64,000 bases of DNA from Candidatus Hydrogenedentota bacterium (GCA_012730105.1 JAAYBJ010000284.1:7872-71871); one strand, 5' to 3'. Shown: positions 39,936 through 53,016, numbered from the stretch's first letter. Made by a program: numbers and translations. The notes: generated from the letters alone by a model not told the origin.

Positions 39936-41690
39936 TTACAAAACATCATCTAACCGTTTGCAGACATCGCTGTAACAATTTTGATGGGCCTGTATATTGG
40001 CTTCCCTGTTTACGGCCACCTCAATAATCCTGGACCTCTTCTGTGAGAGGCCGAACCTCAACGCCTTTTGAAACCGGTCCCCGGTCGTTACCTGTTCATA
40101 ATCAATCTTAAACATGGCGGCAGCTTGCCGAAAATCATAGTCATGAGAACTTGAAAAGCACGCGTCAAGCACCTCCTTATAGGCAGCAATGGGTAGAAAG
40201 GAAAAAATGCCGCCGCCCCTGTTGTTAATAATCACAAGGATAACAGGCTTTGGCGCTTTCGATAGCAAGGCCAGGGAATTTATGTCATGAAGCGCCGCCA
40301 TATCCCCCAGAATCGCCACCACACCAGATTGGGCGGACCACCCCATTCCAGCGGCGGTGGCGATATTCCCGTCAATGCCACTGACACCCCGATTGGCATG
40401 AATAATGTCCGAAGAACAGTTTTTACCGAGCATGTCCATATCACGAACAGGCATGCTGTTTCCCATCATCAAGAACCCGGCACCATCAAGGTTGTCATCC
40501 ACCATCCGCGCTATCAGCAGTTCAGACAAATCACGATTCTTTGCAAAAAATCGTTCCAGGACCTGTTCCACCACGGCATCGGCCGCCTGGAGCCCTTCAA
40601 GAAACGACCCGCCTCCCCGATGAATATCCGCAACCTCCAGCTGGGCAATCAGTTCTCCCATGTCGCTTTCATAATGGCGGGAGACATGATTCACGAGACC
40701 GCGGTGTTCTTGTCTTGGCGAAACATGGATATATGCGGGATTCAATGTGCGCAGATGATCCTGCAGGCCCTTGGAAACAAAGGTATCGCCAAGATGCAGC
40801 ACGACATCCGGCCTGCATTGCGAGCGGAATTTATCCGAACGCAATAACAGATCGTAATATCGAATTACCGCTGGACATCTGTCTTTGCGACGACAACCGG
40901 AGGTAATGTCCGCGAATACGGGCCACCCAAGTTTATTGGCGACTTGAACAGCGGATTCCTGTTCCCGGGCGGTGAGAAGCCGGCCCGCAAGAATTAAGCC
41001 GCGTCGGGCTGAAGAGAGGGTGGTCGCCAAGCTGGCGCGCTGCACGGAGGAAAGAAGCCTTTCCGGCCTCTCCCATACGGTAAAGGGCCGAACGCCCGCC
41101 TTCCATTCCTTCAGCCCGGCAAGATAGCCCCGTGGCCACGTTTTTTTTACAGGCACTGGCGCTAACGGTTCCCGATACATACAGTTGATATGTATGGGAC
41201 CTCCCGGGCTTCGGAGCCCTTTTGCAAGCACATCGTCCACTTTCGCCAGCAGAGATTCGACCGGTATGTGTTCATCGGGGCAGGGAAGGTTGAGTTGTCC
41301 TCTTACAAAAGAGGTGAATATTCCCTCCTGGTGCACGGTTTGGTTGGCGCCGCATGCCTGGAGCTCAGGCGGCCTGTCGGCGCTCAGAATTACGAGGGGC
41401 AAAGCCGATTGGCATGCTTCAGCAACCGCAGGCCAGCAGTTGGCCACGGCAGTGCCGGAGGTGCATATGACGGCCGCCGGACTTCCCGCCCGTGCACACC
41501 CCAACGCGAAGTAGGCGGCGCCCCGTTCATCAAAATGAATCAAGGCGGAAGCGTTACGATTTTGAAAGGCGGCCACCGCAAGCGGGGCGCTCCGTGAACC
41601 CGGCGCAATTATAAAATGGCGAACGCCGTTTCTGGTCAATTCCTCGACGATAAGGCCCGCCCAGAGATAATTCAGGTTAGGCGTTTCCAT
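39936..41690 (-). CDS. menD: SEPHCHC synthase (menaquinone biosynthesis)
   Basis: PGSRSAPL, DERGAAYFALG, CTSGTAVAN, SADRPPEL and NRGVSGIDG motifs; start taken at METPNLN, overlapping the menF stop. Confidence 0.95.
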   Translation of the reverse strand: METPNLNYLWAGLIVEELTRNGVRHFIIAPGSRSAPLAVAAFQNRNASALIHFDERGAAYFALGCARAGSPAAVICTSGTAVANCWPAVAEACQSALPLVILSADRPPELQACGANQTVHQEGIFTSFVRGQLNLPCPDEHIPVESLLAKVDDVLAKGLRSPGGPIHINCMYREPLAPVPVKKTWPRGYLAGLKEWKAGVRPFTVWERPERLLSSVQRASLATTLSSARRGLILAGRLLTAREQESAVQVANKLGWPVFADITSGCRRKDRCPAVIRYYDLLLRSDKFRSQCRPDVVLHLGDTFVSKGLQDHLRTLNPAYIHVSPRQEHRGLVNHVSRHYESDMGELIAQLEVADIHRGGGSFLEGLQAADAVVEQVLERFFAKNRDLSELLIARMVDDNLDGAGFLMMGNSMPVRDMDMLGKNCSSDIIHANRGVSGIDGNIATAAGMGWSAQSGVVAILGDMAALHDINSLALLSKAPKPVILVIINNRGGGIFSFLPIAAYKEVLDACFSSSHDYDFRQAAAMFKIDYEQVTTGDRFQKALRFGLSQKRSRIIEVAVNREANIQAHQNCYSDVCKRLDDVL

Positions 41691-43089
41691 GGGCACCATC
41701 CTTGATGATAATGCGCGTAAATTGCGCCATCTTCGCGTCCAACTCCTGCCATTCTTCCTCCGGGTCGGACCCGGGAACGATTCCCGCACCGGCATATAAG
41801 ATAAGGGAAGTATCAAGAACAAGCCCGCTGCGTATGCCGACACAAAACTCGGCGTCTTCAGTCCCAACCCATCCCACAGGAGACGCGTAAATACCCCGTT
41901 CAAAAGGTTCCTTTTCGAGTATCCAGCGCATGGCGGCAGCGGCGGGTTTTCCGCCAACAGCGGGCGTTGGATGCAGCGCGGTCAGTAATTCTTCATCCTC
42001 AACGCCGGGCTGCAACGCACCTTCCATCGGTGTAATCAAATGCTGGCAATAATTCAGTTTGACAATATCAGGTGTGGACGGGACCGAAAGTCGTGAACAG
42101 AAGGGGGCCAGCGCGCTTTTTATGGTTTCAACAACGATTTCATGCTCCCGCCGTTCCTTTTCATCAGCGAACAGTGTCCTTTCAAGGGCCAGGTCCTCAT
42201 CGGGAACGGTGTCCCGGCGTCGCGTGCCCGCCAAGGCTTCGCTCTGAAGGAAGATACCACTGCGGCTGTACAAGCGCTCCGGGGAAGCCCCGAGAAATGC
42301 ACGGCCATGCCCCGGCTGGAAACAGAACAGGTAAACATTTCGGGTGCATCGCGCCAAGGCTTGTGCCAATGAAACCGGGTTCACAGGGCTGTCCCCCTGA
42401 AACGTGGTCTCCCTGGCCAGAACCACCTTTTCCAAGTCGGAAGTCGCCATGTCCGCAAGGGCCTGATTAACAAGAGCACACCACGCGGCACGGTCGGGTA
42501 AGTCAGATCGTTCCTGGAATCGCGGTAGCGAAGCGGGGGAGGGGGGCATGTCAAAACGCAGTTGTTTCAGTAGTGCCAGCGCCTCGCGCCTGCCTTCCTC
42601 ACCTTTCAGCGTACAGGCAAGATGGCAGACATTCCCGTTCCGGAAAAGTTCCACCAATGGCGCCACGAAGCGGCATGTTTTGAAGTTCCTCCACAGGCGG
42701 CCATTTTCGGCGTGGAAATGGAAGCGAAATCCTCCATAATACCGGGCGGAGCGCGATTGTTCGGAAAGGCTTTCACGAATCCGGCGCAGCGCGGCATCGA
42801 CAAAGGCATTCCCTTCAGGCGCAATGATATGGGCTTCGCCGATACCTGCCATTTCCGTGCGTTGCGAACGATCCCGCCAATAATACCGCGAGGGATGGCA
42901 TTGCGCTTCCAGCCAGTCCAAGAAGGACAGGGGCGGAATGCCCTCCTCCACACGCAGGCAACGTTCGCGAGGCACGACGGCTTGTTCAACGCGCCTGACC
43001 AATCCGTCGCGCGCCTTCTCGAGAATGGCGCGCATATCGCGGCCGGACACGTCCAGAGATGTGGAGTTGTGGGAAGATACTATTGTCAT
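41677..43089 (-). CDS. menF: Isochorismate synthase
   Basis: KVVLAR, GASPERL, EALAGT, KERREH, LHPTPAVGG and YAGAGIV motifs; exact start uncertain. Confidence 0.9.
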   Translation of the reverse strand: MTIVSSHNSTSLDVSGRDMRAILEKARDGLVRRVEQAVVPRERCLRVEEGIPPLSFLDWLEAQCHPSRYYWRDRSQRTEMAGIGEAHIIAPEGNAFVDAALRRIRESLSEQSRSARYYGGFRFHFHAENGRLWRNFKTCRFVAPLVELFRNGNVCHLACTLKGEEGRREALALLKQLRFDMPPSPASLPRFQERSDLPDRAAWCALVNQALADMATSDLEKVVLARETTFQGDSPVNPVSLAQALARCTRNVYLFCFQPGHGRAFLGASPERLYSRSGIFLQSEALAGTRRRDTVPDEDLALERTLFADEKERREHEIVVETIKSALAPFCSRLSVPSTPDIVKLNYCQHLITPMEGALQPGVEDEELLTALHPTPAVGGKPAAAAMRWILEKEPFERGIYASPVGWVGTEDAEFCVGIRSGLVLDTSLILYAGAGIVPGSDPEEEWQELDAKMAQFTRIIIKDGAHGNA

Positions 43090-43256
43090 TATGCTCTTAC
43101 CGGGTAAGCGGACGAGAGAACTCAAAGAAATACGGGCGCTTATATGATAAACAAAACCTAGGGTCTTTAGAAACGCGACAGGCGCCATCTCGCTGAAGCA
43201 TACATCCTTAGCTGCGGGAAAAGAAAGCCAAATTTCCCGGCCGGTGTCGTTATGAT

Positions 43257-45713
43257 TCAGATAAAGAGATTCATATCCGCCTGCTCAGCGCGTCCCAGGT
43301 AGGCGCCCACACCACCGATTTCAATACCGTCGATGAGTTCTTCTTTTTTGATGCCCATAACATCCATGCTCATGGAACATACAACCAGCCGTATGCCGGC
43401 GGCACGGGCGGCCGCGACCAGTTCCTCGGGAGCCATTACATTCTTGGTTTTCATGACATACCGCATCATCATGGAACCTACCCCGGCCATGTTCATTTTT
43501 GAAAGGCGCAACTTGCCGGGGCCTTTGGGCATCATCATACCGAACATCCGGTCAAGCAGTCCCTTGGACACCCGCGGCGGCTGCGCCTTGCGCAACACGT
43601 TGATTCCCCAAAAGGTGAAAAAGATGGTTACATCACTGTCCATGGCGGCCGCTCCGTTCGCAATGACAAAGGTCGCCATGACGCGATCCAGGTCGTCGCT
43701 GAAGCAGACAATGGTTTTTGATTTCCTGCCGGTTGGAGGGACTGCCGGAACAAGCCCTTGAGGAGCGGGGACTGTCGCTGCCAATCCCCGGCGTATGCGC
43801 GCGACATAACGGCCACCATCAGGTCTCGCTTCAAGCAGGGTATTTCCAGTGCTTGTGCACCAAGCGGGAATATCCGCGATGAATCCCACATCCGTGGCCG
43901 TCACCTCCAGAACATCTCCGGCGTTCATTCTGCTCATGCTTTGTTTTACCCTGGAAAGAGGACCGGGACACTGCAGGCCGCACACGTCCAGCTTTTGCGT
44001 CGTTACGGCGCCCTCCGGCGGCGATGCCTCAGGTGCCGAGGCAGAAGGTTCACGCTTGGAGTTGTCCACGCAAGCAGTTCCTGCGCCACCGGTGCCCCCG
44101 CCATTAAACCAGGACCAGGTACGATAGCCGCCATTCAGGTTGACCACATCAAATCCGGCCTGCTTCAACTGGCGGTAAGCGATATAGCCTCGCAGCCCTA
44201 CCGCGCAATACACGCCAATCTTGCGGTCTCGGGGCAGTTCGGCGTGCCGCTTGCGCAATTCCTCGAGTGGAATAATAGTCGCCCCGGAAATAACACCACA
44301 CTCCGTCTCATCCGGCATACGCACATCCAGCCAGAAAATATCCCGCTCAGCATCGTCCGCCTCTACTGTCAACGCGTCGCCTTTAATCATGTTGTGCGCG
44401 GTAAAACCAAGCATGTTGATGCCGCTTTTCGCGGAATTATACTGTGGTGAATAAGCCAGTTCCAGGTGTTCCAGCGCCTCGGCGTTCATCTTCTGGCTTA
44501 CGGCCACAGCCAAGACATCAATAGCATCATTGACGCCTTCCGGCCCGACAACCTGAGCCCCGAGCAGGAGCCCTTCAGGACTGAACAAGCCCTTTAAGGA
44601 AACGGGAACCGCCCCTGGATAGTATTTGGCGTGCTGCATGGGATGGATGTAGACACGAAAATAAGGTCGTCCTGCCTTCTTGAGGCGTTTTTCACTCCAC
44701 CCGGTACATGCAGCGACCTGGTTAAACACCTTAACAATGGAGGTGCCCAGAACTCCCGGATACGAAGCGGGCCTCCCACAAATGTTATCCGCCGCAATTC
44801 TCGCCTGCCGATTGACCGGCCCAGCCAGCGGCACAGCAGCGTCCTCTCCCGTGATAAGATCCCTGACCTGTACGGCGTCACCCACCGCATAGATATTCGC
44901 ATCGCTGGTCCGCATCCGATCATTTACCCTGATATGGCCACGTGGGCCGAGTTCAAGTCCGGCCTCGCGGGCAAGTTCAGAGCGGGGGGCCACCCCGGCG
45001 CACAGGCAAACCATATCCGCAGATATGCTGGATCCGTCATTCAAGGCCACCAGTTTTTCGTCGATGGAGACAACAGACGCATTCAGGCGCACTTCAACCC
45101 CGTTGAGTTGCAGTTCCTGGAGAAGGGTGGAAGTCATCTCCCGGTCCAAGGGGGGCAAGACTTGATCCAACATTTCGACCAGAGCAACTTTCACGCCGCG
45201 TTTTCGGAGGTTTTCGGCCAGTTCAAGGCCGATAAATCCGGCGCCGATGACACAGGCTTTCTCGACAGCATCCACCTTGTCTTTAAGGCGATCCATATCG
45301 TTTAGACTGTTCAGGGTGTACACGGCAGGCCCGTTAATACCCGGGATATCGGGGCGTATCGGCGCAGCGCCCGGTGCAAGCACCAGTACGTCATAGGATT
45401 GACGAGATGTTTGGCCGTCTTTTAGGTTGATGACTTCTACCATTTTATTCGCGATATCAATACGCCGCACTTCATGGCCCGTCCGAATATCTAGCCCATA
45501 TCGCGCGCGCAGGGTCTCCGCGCTTTGCACGATCATATTGGCACGATCTTCAATAACACCGCCCACATAGTAGGGCATACCACAGTTCGCAAAGGAAACC
45601 GCCTCGCCCTTTTCATAAACAATCACTTCCAAGGATTCATCAAGCCGCTTGATGCGCGCCGCACAGCTCATGCCGCCCGCCACACCGCCCACAATCACAA
45701 TCGTCTTAGCCAT
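43257..45713 (-). CDS. CoA-disulfide/persulfide reductase-rhodanese-TusA-DsrE fusion protein
   Basis: GGVAGG and SFANCGMPY (CoADR); YCAVGLRG (rhodanese); LDVCGLQCPGP (TusA); FFTFWG...CSMSMDVMG (DsrE/DrsE_2). Confidence 0.9.
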   Translation of the reverse strand: MAKTIVIVGGVAGGMSCAARIKRLDESLEVIVYEKGEAVSFANCGMPYYVGGVIEDRANMIVQSAETLRARYGLDIRTGHEVRRIDIANKMVEVINLKDGQTSRQSYDVLVLAPGAAPIRPDIPGINGPAVYTLNSLNDMDRLKDKVDAVEKACVIGAGFIGLELAENLRKRGVKVALVEMLDQVLPPLDREMTSTLLQELQLNGVEVRLNASVVSIDEKLVALNDGSSISADMVCLCAGVAPRSELAREAGLELGPRGHIRVNDRMRTSDANIYAVGDAVQVRDLITGEDAAVPLAGPVNRQARIAADNICGRPASYPGVLGTSIVKVFNQVAACTGWSEKRLKKAGRPYFRVYIHPMQHAKYYPGAVPVSLKGLFSPEGLLLGAQVVGPEGVNDAIDVLAVAVSQKMNAEALEHLELAYSPQYNSAKSGINMLGFTAHNMIKGDALTVEADDAERDIFWLDVRMPDETECGVISGATIIPLEELRKRHAELPRDRKIGVYCAVGLRGYIAYRQLKQAGFDVVNLNGGYRTWSWFNGGGTGGAGTACVDNSKREPSASAPEASPPEGAVTTQKLDVCGLQCPGPLSRVKQSMSRMNAGDVLEVTATDVGFIADIPAWCTSTGNTLLEARPDGGRYVARIRRGLAATVPAPQGLVPAVPPTGRKSKTIVCFSDDLDRVMATFVIANGAAAMDSDVTIFFTFWGINVLRKAQPPRVSKGLLDRMFGMMMPKGPGKLRLSKMNMAGVGSMMMRYVMKTKNVMAPEELVAAARAAGIRLVVCSMSMDVMGIKKEELIDGIEIGGVGAYLGRAEQADMNLFI

Positions 45714-45764
45714 ACCGTTCTCCTTGTTTTTATTTACATTTGATCTTTGTTTTCACTGTGGTTG

Positions 45765-46040
45765 TTATCCAAAACGCCCGAAAGCCTCCAAAACTTCCTT
45801 GAGCACCCGCTTTCTATCCTCCTCATTATCCATGCCCTCTTCAAGACAGCAGTCCATGTGCTGGGTGACAATAATTTTGGCCACAGCGCGGATCGCCGCG
45901 TCCGTGGCGGCGAGTTGCCGCAACACATCGGTGCACTTACGCCCGTTCTCGACCATTTTCTTAATACCCCGCACCTGGCCTTCAACTTTTCCAAGCCGCA
46001 AGAGCACGTTATCTTTTGTAACTTCCATGTCTTTTGTCAT
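45765..46040 (-). CDS. CsoR/RcnR/CstR family transcriptional repressor
   Basis: RLGKVEGQVRGI, C(TDVLRQL) and HMDCC motifs. Confidence 0.9.
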   Translation of the reverse strand: MTKDMEVTKDNVLLRLGKVEGQVRGIKKMVENGRKCTDVLRQLAATDAAIRAVAKIIVTQHMDCCLEEGMDNEEDRKRVLKEVLEAFGRFG

Positions 46041-46061
46041 GCTATTTTCCAATGCGTTGTT

Positions 46062-46109
46062 ATACCCATACCCGGTATGAATATACACCACCGCACCCCA
46101 GATTTGCAA
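46062..46109 (-). promoter_or_regulatory. Promoter and CsoR-type operator
   Basis: Minus-strand TTGCAA-N18-TATATT, followed at once by ATACC-GGGTATG-GGTAT (46062-46078), a CsoR-like inverted repeat around a G tract. Confidence 0.7.
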
Positions 46110-46220
46110 TACTATTTTTTGGCCCTTTTTTCTGTCAAACAGCCGTTCTGAAAATTTTTGTTTTATATACAATATACTGTGGCCGAGAAAAAAAATTCCT
46201 CAAAATATAGGGTTTTCAGG

Positions 46221-46249
46221 TTGCTTTAAAATCAAATTTTTGATATACT
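46221..46249 (+). promoter_or_regulatory. Putative sigma70 promoter of gyrB
   Basis: TTGCTT-N17-TATACT with TG extension in an AT-rich region. Confidence 0.6.
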
Positions 46250-46252
46250 TAA

Positions 46253-48748
<2,496 letters not shown>

Positions 48749-48807
48749 GACTGAGCGCTAAAAACGCTCGAAATGAATACGGTAACTATAGAAAGTTGAT
48801 CTCTGCC

Positions 48808-51363
48808 ATGGATGCTCCCGAACGGATAAAACCTATAGCGATCGAGCAGGAAATGAAAAATTCCTTCCTCGATTACTCAATGAGTGTAATTGTTAGCCGC
48901 GCGCTTCCCGATGTGCGCGATGGGCTCAAACCGGTGCACCGGCGTGTTTTGTACGCCATGCACAATCTGAACCTCTCCAAGGGACGACCCTACCGGAAAT
49001 CGGCGGCCATCGTGGGCGATACGATGGGCAAATACCATCCTCATGGCGACTCCTCCATCTATGATACGCTGGTCCGGCTCGCCCAGGACTGGAATATGCG
49101 TTATCCGCTCGTGGACGGCCAGGGCAACTTCGGCTCCATAGACGGTGACAGTGCGGCAGCCATGCGGTACACCGAATCGCGCATGGAAGGCATCACGGCG
49201 CTGATGCTGAACGACATCGAAAAACAAACGGTGAACATGGTTCCCAACTATGACGGCCGCGAACTGGAACCCTCCGTGCTTCCGGCTGCTATACCCAACC
49301 TGCTTGTGAATGGTTCCTACGGCATCGCGGTGGGCATGGCGACCAGTTGCCCGCCCCATAACCTCACGGAAGTATGTAACGGCCTGATACACCTGATTGA
49401 CAATCCCGAAGCGAAACCCAAAGATCTGATGCGCTTTATACACGGGCCGGATTTCCCCACAGGCGGCATCATCTGCGGACGTGCCGGCATCGTTGAAGCC
49501 TATGCTACGGGCCGCGGACGCGTCACCGTGCGCGCGAAAGTTGCCGTTGAAACCAGAAAAGACAGCGGCAAGGAACGCCTGATCATCCAGGAAATTCCGT
49601 ACCAGGTCAATAAAACACGGCTCATCGAAAATATCGTCGAACTGGTTCAAAACAAGACCGTCGAAGGCATTACCGACCTGCGTGATGAATCCGACAAAGA
49701 CGGCATGCGCGTTGTCATTGAACTGCGGAAAGGCGAAGAACCGGAAGTCGTGCTGAACCAATTATATAAGCACACCCAATTGCAGGCAACGGCAAGCATC
49801 ATCATGCTTGCCTTGGTCAATAACACGCCGCGCGTGCTAAACCTGCGTGAGTTGCTCTACTACTATGTTCAGCACCGGGCTGAAATTATTGAACGGCGCA
49901 CCCGCTTCGATCTCACCAAGGCCGAAGAACGCGCGCACATCGTTGAAGGCCTGCTGAAGGCCATCGATAATATTGACGAGGTAATCAAGATCATCCGCGA
50001 ATCAGCGGACTCGGAAGACGCGCAGCACCGCCTGATGAAGCGCTTTGACTTTTCGGAACCACAGGCCAACGCCATTCTTGCCATGCGCCTGCGCCGCCTG
50101 ACCGGCCTGGAACGTTCCGAACTCGAGCAGGAATACCGCGACCTCATCCAGGAGATCGAACGGCTGCGCCACATCCTTTCCAGTGACAAAACAATACTTG
50201 CTGAAGTGCGCAAGGAAGTGGAAAAGGTGAAGGAAGATTATGGCGATGCCCGCCGCACAGAAATCCTTGATGAACTCGGGGAATTCCACGTGGAAGACCT
50301 CATCGCCGATGAGAATATGGTGGTAACCGTATCCAACCAGGGGTACATCAAGCGCCTTCCCGTATCCACCTACCGCAAACAGCGGCGGGGCGGCAAAGGC
50401 GTCACCGGCATGGACACCAAGGAAGACGATTTCGTTCGCGATCTTTTTATAGCCTCCGCACACCAGTATATGCTTTTTTTTACCAACCTGGGCAGGCTCT
50501 ACTGGCGCAAGGTGTATGATCTTCCCAAGGCCGGCCGCACCGCGCGGGGACGGGCGATCGTGAATTTGCTGAATCTTTCCCAGGATGAAACCGTAACCGC
50601 CCTTCTGCCCGTGCGCGATCTGAACGAAGAAGGGCTGTTTATCTGCATGGTCACGCGCAAGGGGATCATCAAGAAAACGACGCTTAAAGCGTTCAGCAAT
50701 CCCCGCGCGGCCGGCATTATCGCCATTGACCTTGATGACGGCGATATGTTGTGGGATACGCTCATCACTACCGGGAAGGACAATATTTTGATCGCCACTC
50801 ATGAGGGATTGGCTATACGCTTTCCTGAATCAGATGTGAGGCCCATGGGGCGCACCGCCCGGGGCGTAATCGGCATCCGGCTTCAGCCTGACGACTATGT
50901 GGTGGGCGTCTCGCTGGCCGAGGACGACAAGACGGTGTTGAGCGTGACGGAAAATGGCTTCGGGAAACGCACTCAGGTGGGAGAATACCGGTTGCAGCAC
51001 CGTGGCGGCCAGGGTATTATCAACATCAAAACCAGCGAACGCAACGGGAACGTTGTGTCCATGTTGACCGTGGACGATGACGATGAAATCGTGCTGGTCG
51101 GCACGGACGGCACGGTGATCCGCACTGGCGTCGCCGGGATCAGCACAATCGGGCGAAACACTCAGGGCGTCAAAATAATGAAACCCCAGCCCGACGCCGT
51201 AGTCAGTGCCGTGGCACGCGCATTGGGTGACAAGAAGGAACAAGACGCCACCGAATCCGCGCCCACCGAGGTAAGCGAGTCCGACTTGTCTTCGCAAAAC
51301 GGCTCCGCAGCCGCGGAACAGCTCGATCTCGAAGATGAGTTCGAGGAAGAAAGCGAAGAATAG
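48808..51363 (+). CDS. gyrA: DNA gyrase subunit A
   Basis: RALPDVRDGLKPV, YHPHGD, AAMRYTE, GyrA-box QRRGGKG and an acidic tail. Confidence 0.97.
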   Translation: MDAPERIKPIAIEQEMKNSFLDYSMSVIVSRALPDVRDGLKPVHRRVLYAMHNLNLSKGRPYRKSAAIVGDTMGKYHPHGDSSIYDTLVRLAQDWNMRYPLVDGQGNFGSIDGDSAAAMRYTESRMEGITALMLNDIEKQTVNMVPNYDGRELEPSVLPAAIPNLLVNGSYGIAVGMATSCPPHNLTEVCNGLIHLIDNPEAKPKDLMRFIHGPDFPTGGIICGRAGIVEAYATGRGRVTVRAKVAVETRKDSGKERLIIQEIPYQVNKTRLIENIVELVQNKTVEGITDLRDESDKDGMRVVIELRKGEEPEVVLNQLYKHTQLQATASIIMLALVNNTPRVLNLRELLYYYVQHRAEIIERRTRFDLTKAEERAHIVEGLLKAIDNIDEVIKIIRESADSEDAQHRLMKRFDFSEPQANAILAMRLRRLTGLERSELEQEYRDLIQEIERLRHILSSDKTILAEVRKEVEKVKEDYGDARRTEILDELGEFHVEDLIADENMVVTVSNQGYIKRLPVSTYRKQRRGGKGVTGMDTKEDDFVRDLFIASAHQYMLFFTNLGRLYWRKVYDLPKAGRTARGRAIVNLLNLSQDETVTALLPVRDLNEEGLFICMVTRKGIIKKTTLKAFSNPRAAGIIAIDLDDGDMLWDTLITTGKDNILIATHEGLAIRFPESDVRPMGRTARGVIGIRLQPDDYVVGVSLAEDDKTVLSVTENGFGKRTQVGEYRLQHRGGQGIINIKTSERNGNVVSMLTVDDDDEIVLVGTDGTVIRTGVAGISTIGRNTQGVKIMKPQPDAVVSAVARALGDKKEQDATESAPTEVSESDLSSQNGSAAAEQLDLEDEFEEESEE

Positions 51364-51397
51364 GGGAGGGAGCGGATTCCACGGTGCATTATAGAAA

Positions 51398-51472
51398 TGG
51401 CGCCCCGAACAGGAATCGAACCTGTGTTTAGCGCTTAGGAGGCGCTCGTTCTATCCACTGAACTATCGGGGC
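51398..51472 (-). tRNA. tRNA-Arg (CCT)
   Basis: Reverse complement reads GCCCCGA...AGCGC-CTCCTAA-GCGCT...GTTCGATT...TCGGGGC-G-CCA. Confidence 0.95.
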
Positions 51473-51480
51473 GCATAGTT

Positions 51481-51510
51481 CCCCGCCGTTTTTGCGGCGG
51501 GGATTTTTTC
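51481..51510 (+). terminator. Hairpin plus T tract, candidate gyrBA terminator
   Basis: CCCCGCCG-TTTTTG-CGGCGGGG followed by ATTTTTTC. Confidence 0.55.
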
Positions 51511-51609
51511 TTTATCACAAGGGCTTGTCAACAAAATGCGGGCCCCTATTGTACCCTTCAGGGGCGGCGGATTTAAAGGCTTGTTGCAGGATTCGCGTCA
51601 ACGCCTTTT

Positions 51610-53016
51610 TTATACCGGGGTAACATCATAGCCCAAGTACTTCTCAAAGGCTTCTTTCACGGGCGCCATGACGTGACCGGGCGTTACGGCGGTATGATGA
51701 CGGTGTCCGGCCATACCGACGGTCATCAGGGTCTGCTGCATATCCGGGAATTCCGCGACGCCGCCGCAACCGAAAAAGTCCGCGGGAATCGGATCATCCG
51801 TGAACCGGCCTTCGCCCAGGTAGAACTTCAGTTTTCCCTCGTCCGTGATCAAGTTGCCGAACGTGAAGGCGCCGGGTTTTATGCGGCCTACGTTACAGCC
51901 GTAGGAACAGCCTTTACCTACCGTGTTGGCCAGGATGGCGTGTTCACAAATATCGCCTATGCCCGTCATCATGTCCTGGGGCACCGGACCACAATGAAAC
52001 AGGATGCACTTGTTTTCTTCATTGCCGTAATTGTTGTTCCAGTCAAGACAGGACGCCACTTCACCGGAAGCGCTGCGCAGTGCATGCATTGAAATGGCGC
52101 TGCCCATGTCCACCTCGCAGGCGACCGGGATTTTGCGATTGTTCATTTCGCTGAGCAGCACACAGCAGGAAATACCATATTGCTGCTGCATTTCTATCCA
52201 GCAGCGCACGGCCATGGCATCCAGCCGCATTTCTTCCACCAGGCTGTCCAGCACCACCCCGAGGCGGGTAATGGTCTCAAAGGCGCTTTTCGGCGTGTTT
52301 CCCCAGTTGCTGTAATTCTGCAGGACCTTCGCTTTCTTGACAACCGCCTTGTCCGACATTTTGAGGGCGTTCATTCGCGCGAATACATCGGACATGTCAA
52401 GCGTTTCCATGGTAATTCCATGGCGTTGCAGCGCGATCTCGTCAATACGCACGGTCTTGAACGCTGTAGTGCGCGCGCCAATCGCGCCGACCGTCATGGA
52501 ACGCATCTTTTTTACGACGCGGCACATACGGTCAAAATAGTCTATGTTTTCGGCGAATCGCGGATTGGACGGGTGAACCGTGTGGGGTTTAAGAATCGTA
52601 AATTTTACCCCGTACTGACAAAAGACGTCCATGATGGAGAACTTTCCGCAGAAAGAATCACGGCGCAGTTCAGGACGCATCTTATCAAGTTCGTCCGGGA
52701 AAGCCTGGATAAAAATGGGCACTCCGGCGTCTTTCAACGCGGCCACCGCACCCGTTTCATCGCCAAAATTCGGCAGGCTCAAAATGACGCCGTCAAATTT
52801 ACCGGCGTTCTCGCGAAGGAAATTGGCATATACCTCACCCTCGAGCGGCGTTTCCACCGCGCCGTGCCGGGTGGCCTTGGGATCCAGCATAAGCACCTTG
52901 TGGCCCAGCTTCCTGAGTTCCGCCGCCAGTTCCCGGCGGGCGCCCGCCTGCAGTGAAGCGGGGAAGAAACCACGGTTTCCAAAAAATAACGCGAAACAAC
53001 TCTTTTCCTGTTTCAT
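51610..53016 (-). CDS. L-fucose/L-arabinose isomerase family protein
   Basis: NFGDE, RRDSFCG, RCW, ACEVD, FHCG and RHH motifs. Confidence 0.82.
   Translation of the reverse strand: MKQEKSCFALFFGNRGFFPASLQAGARRELAAELRKLGHKVLMLDPKATRHGAVETPLEGEVYANFLRENAGKFDGVILSLPNFGDETGAVAALKDAGVPIFIQAFPDELDKMRPELRRDSFCGKFSIMDVFCQYGVKFTILKPHTVHPSNPRFAENIDYFDRMCRVVKKMRSMTVGAIGARTTAFKTVRIDEIALQRHGITMETLDMSDVFARMNALKMSDKAVVKKAKVLQNYSNWGNTPKSAFETITRLGVVLDSLVEEMRLDAMAVRCWIEMQQQYGISCCVLLSEMNNRKIPVACEVDMGSAISMHALRSASGEVASCLDWNNNYGNEENKCILFHCGPVPQDMMTGIGDICEHAILANTVGKGCSYGCNVGRIKPGAFTFGNLITDEGKLKFYLGEGRFTDDPIPADFFGCGGVAEFPDMQQTLMTVGMAGHRHHTAVTPGHVMAPVKEAFEKYLGYDVTPV

Noticed and set aside
39936..41957. ORF-track 673-aa MenD with a long N-terminal extension
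   Set aside because: The extension overlaps menF in another frame; MenD homology begins at METPNLN (41690).
39936..43089. menF-menD without menH/C/E/B as a novel pathway
   Set aside because: Split men clusters are common and the other genes may lie outside the window.
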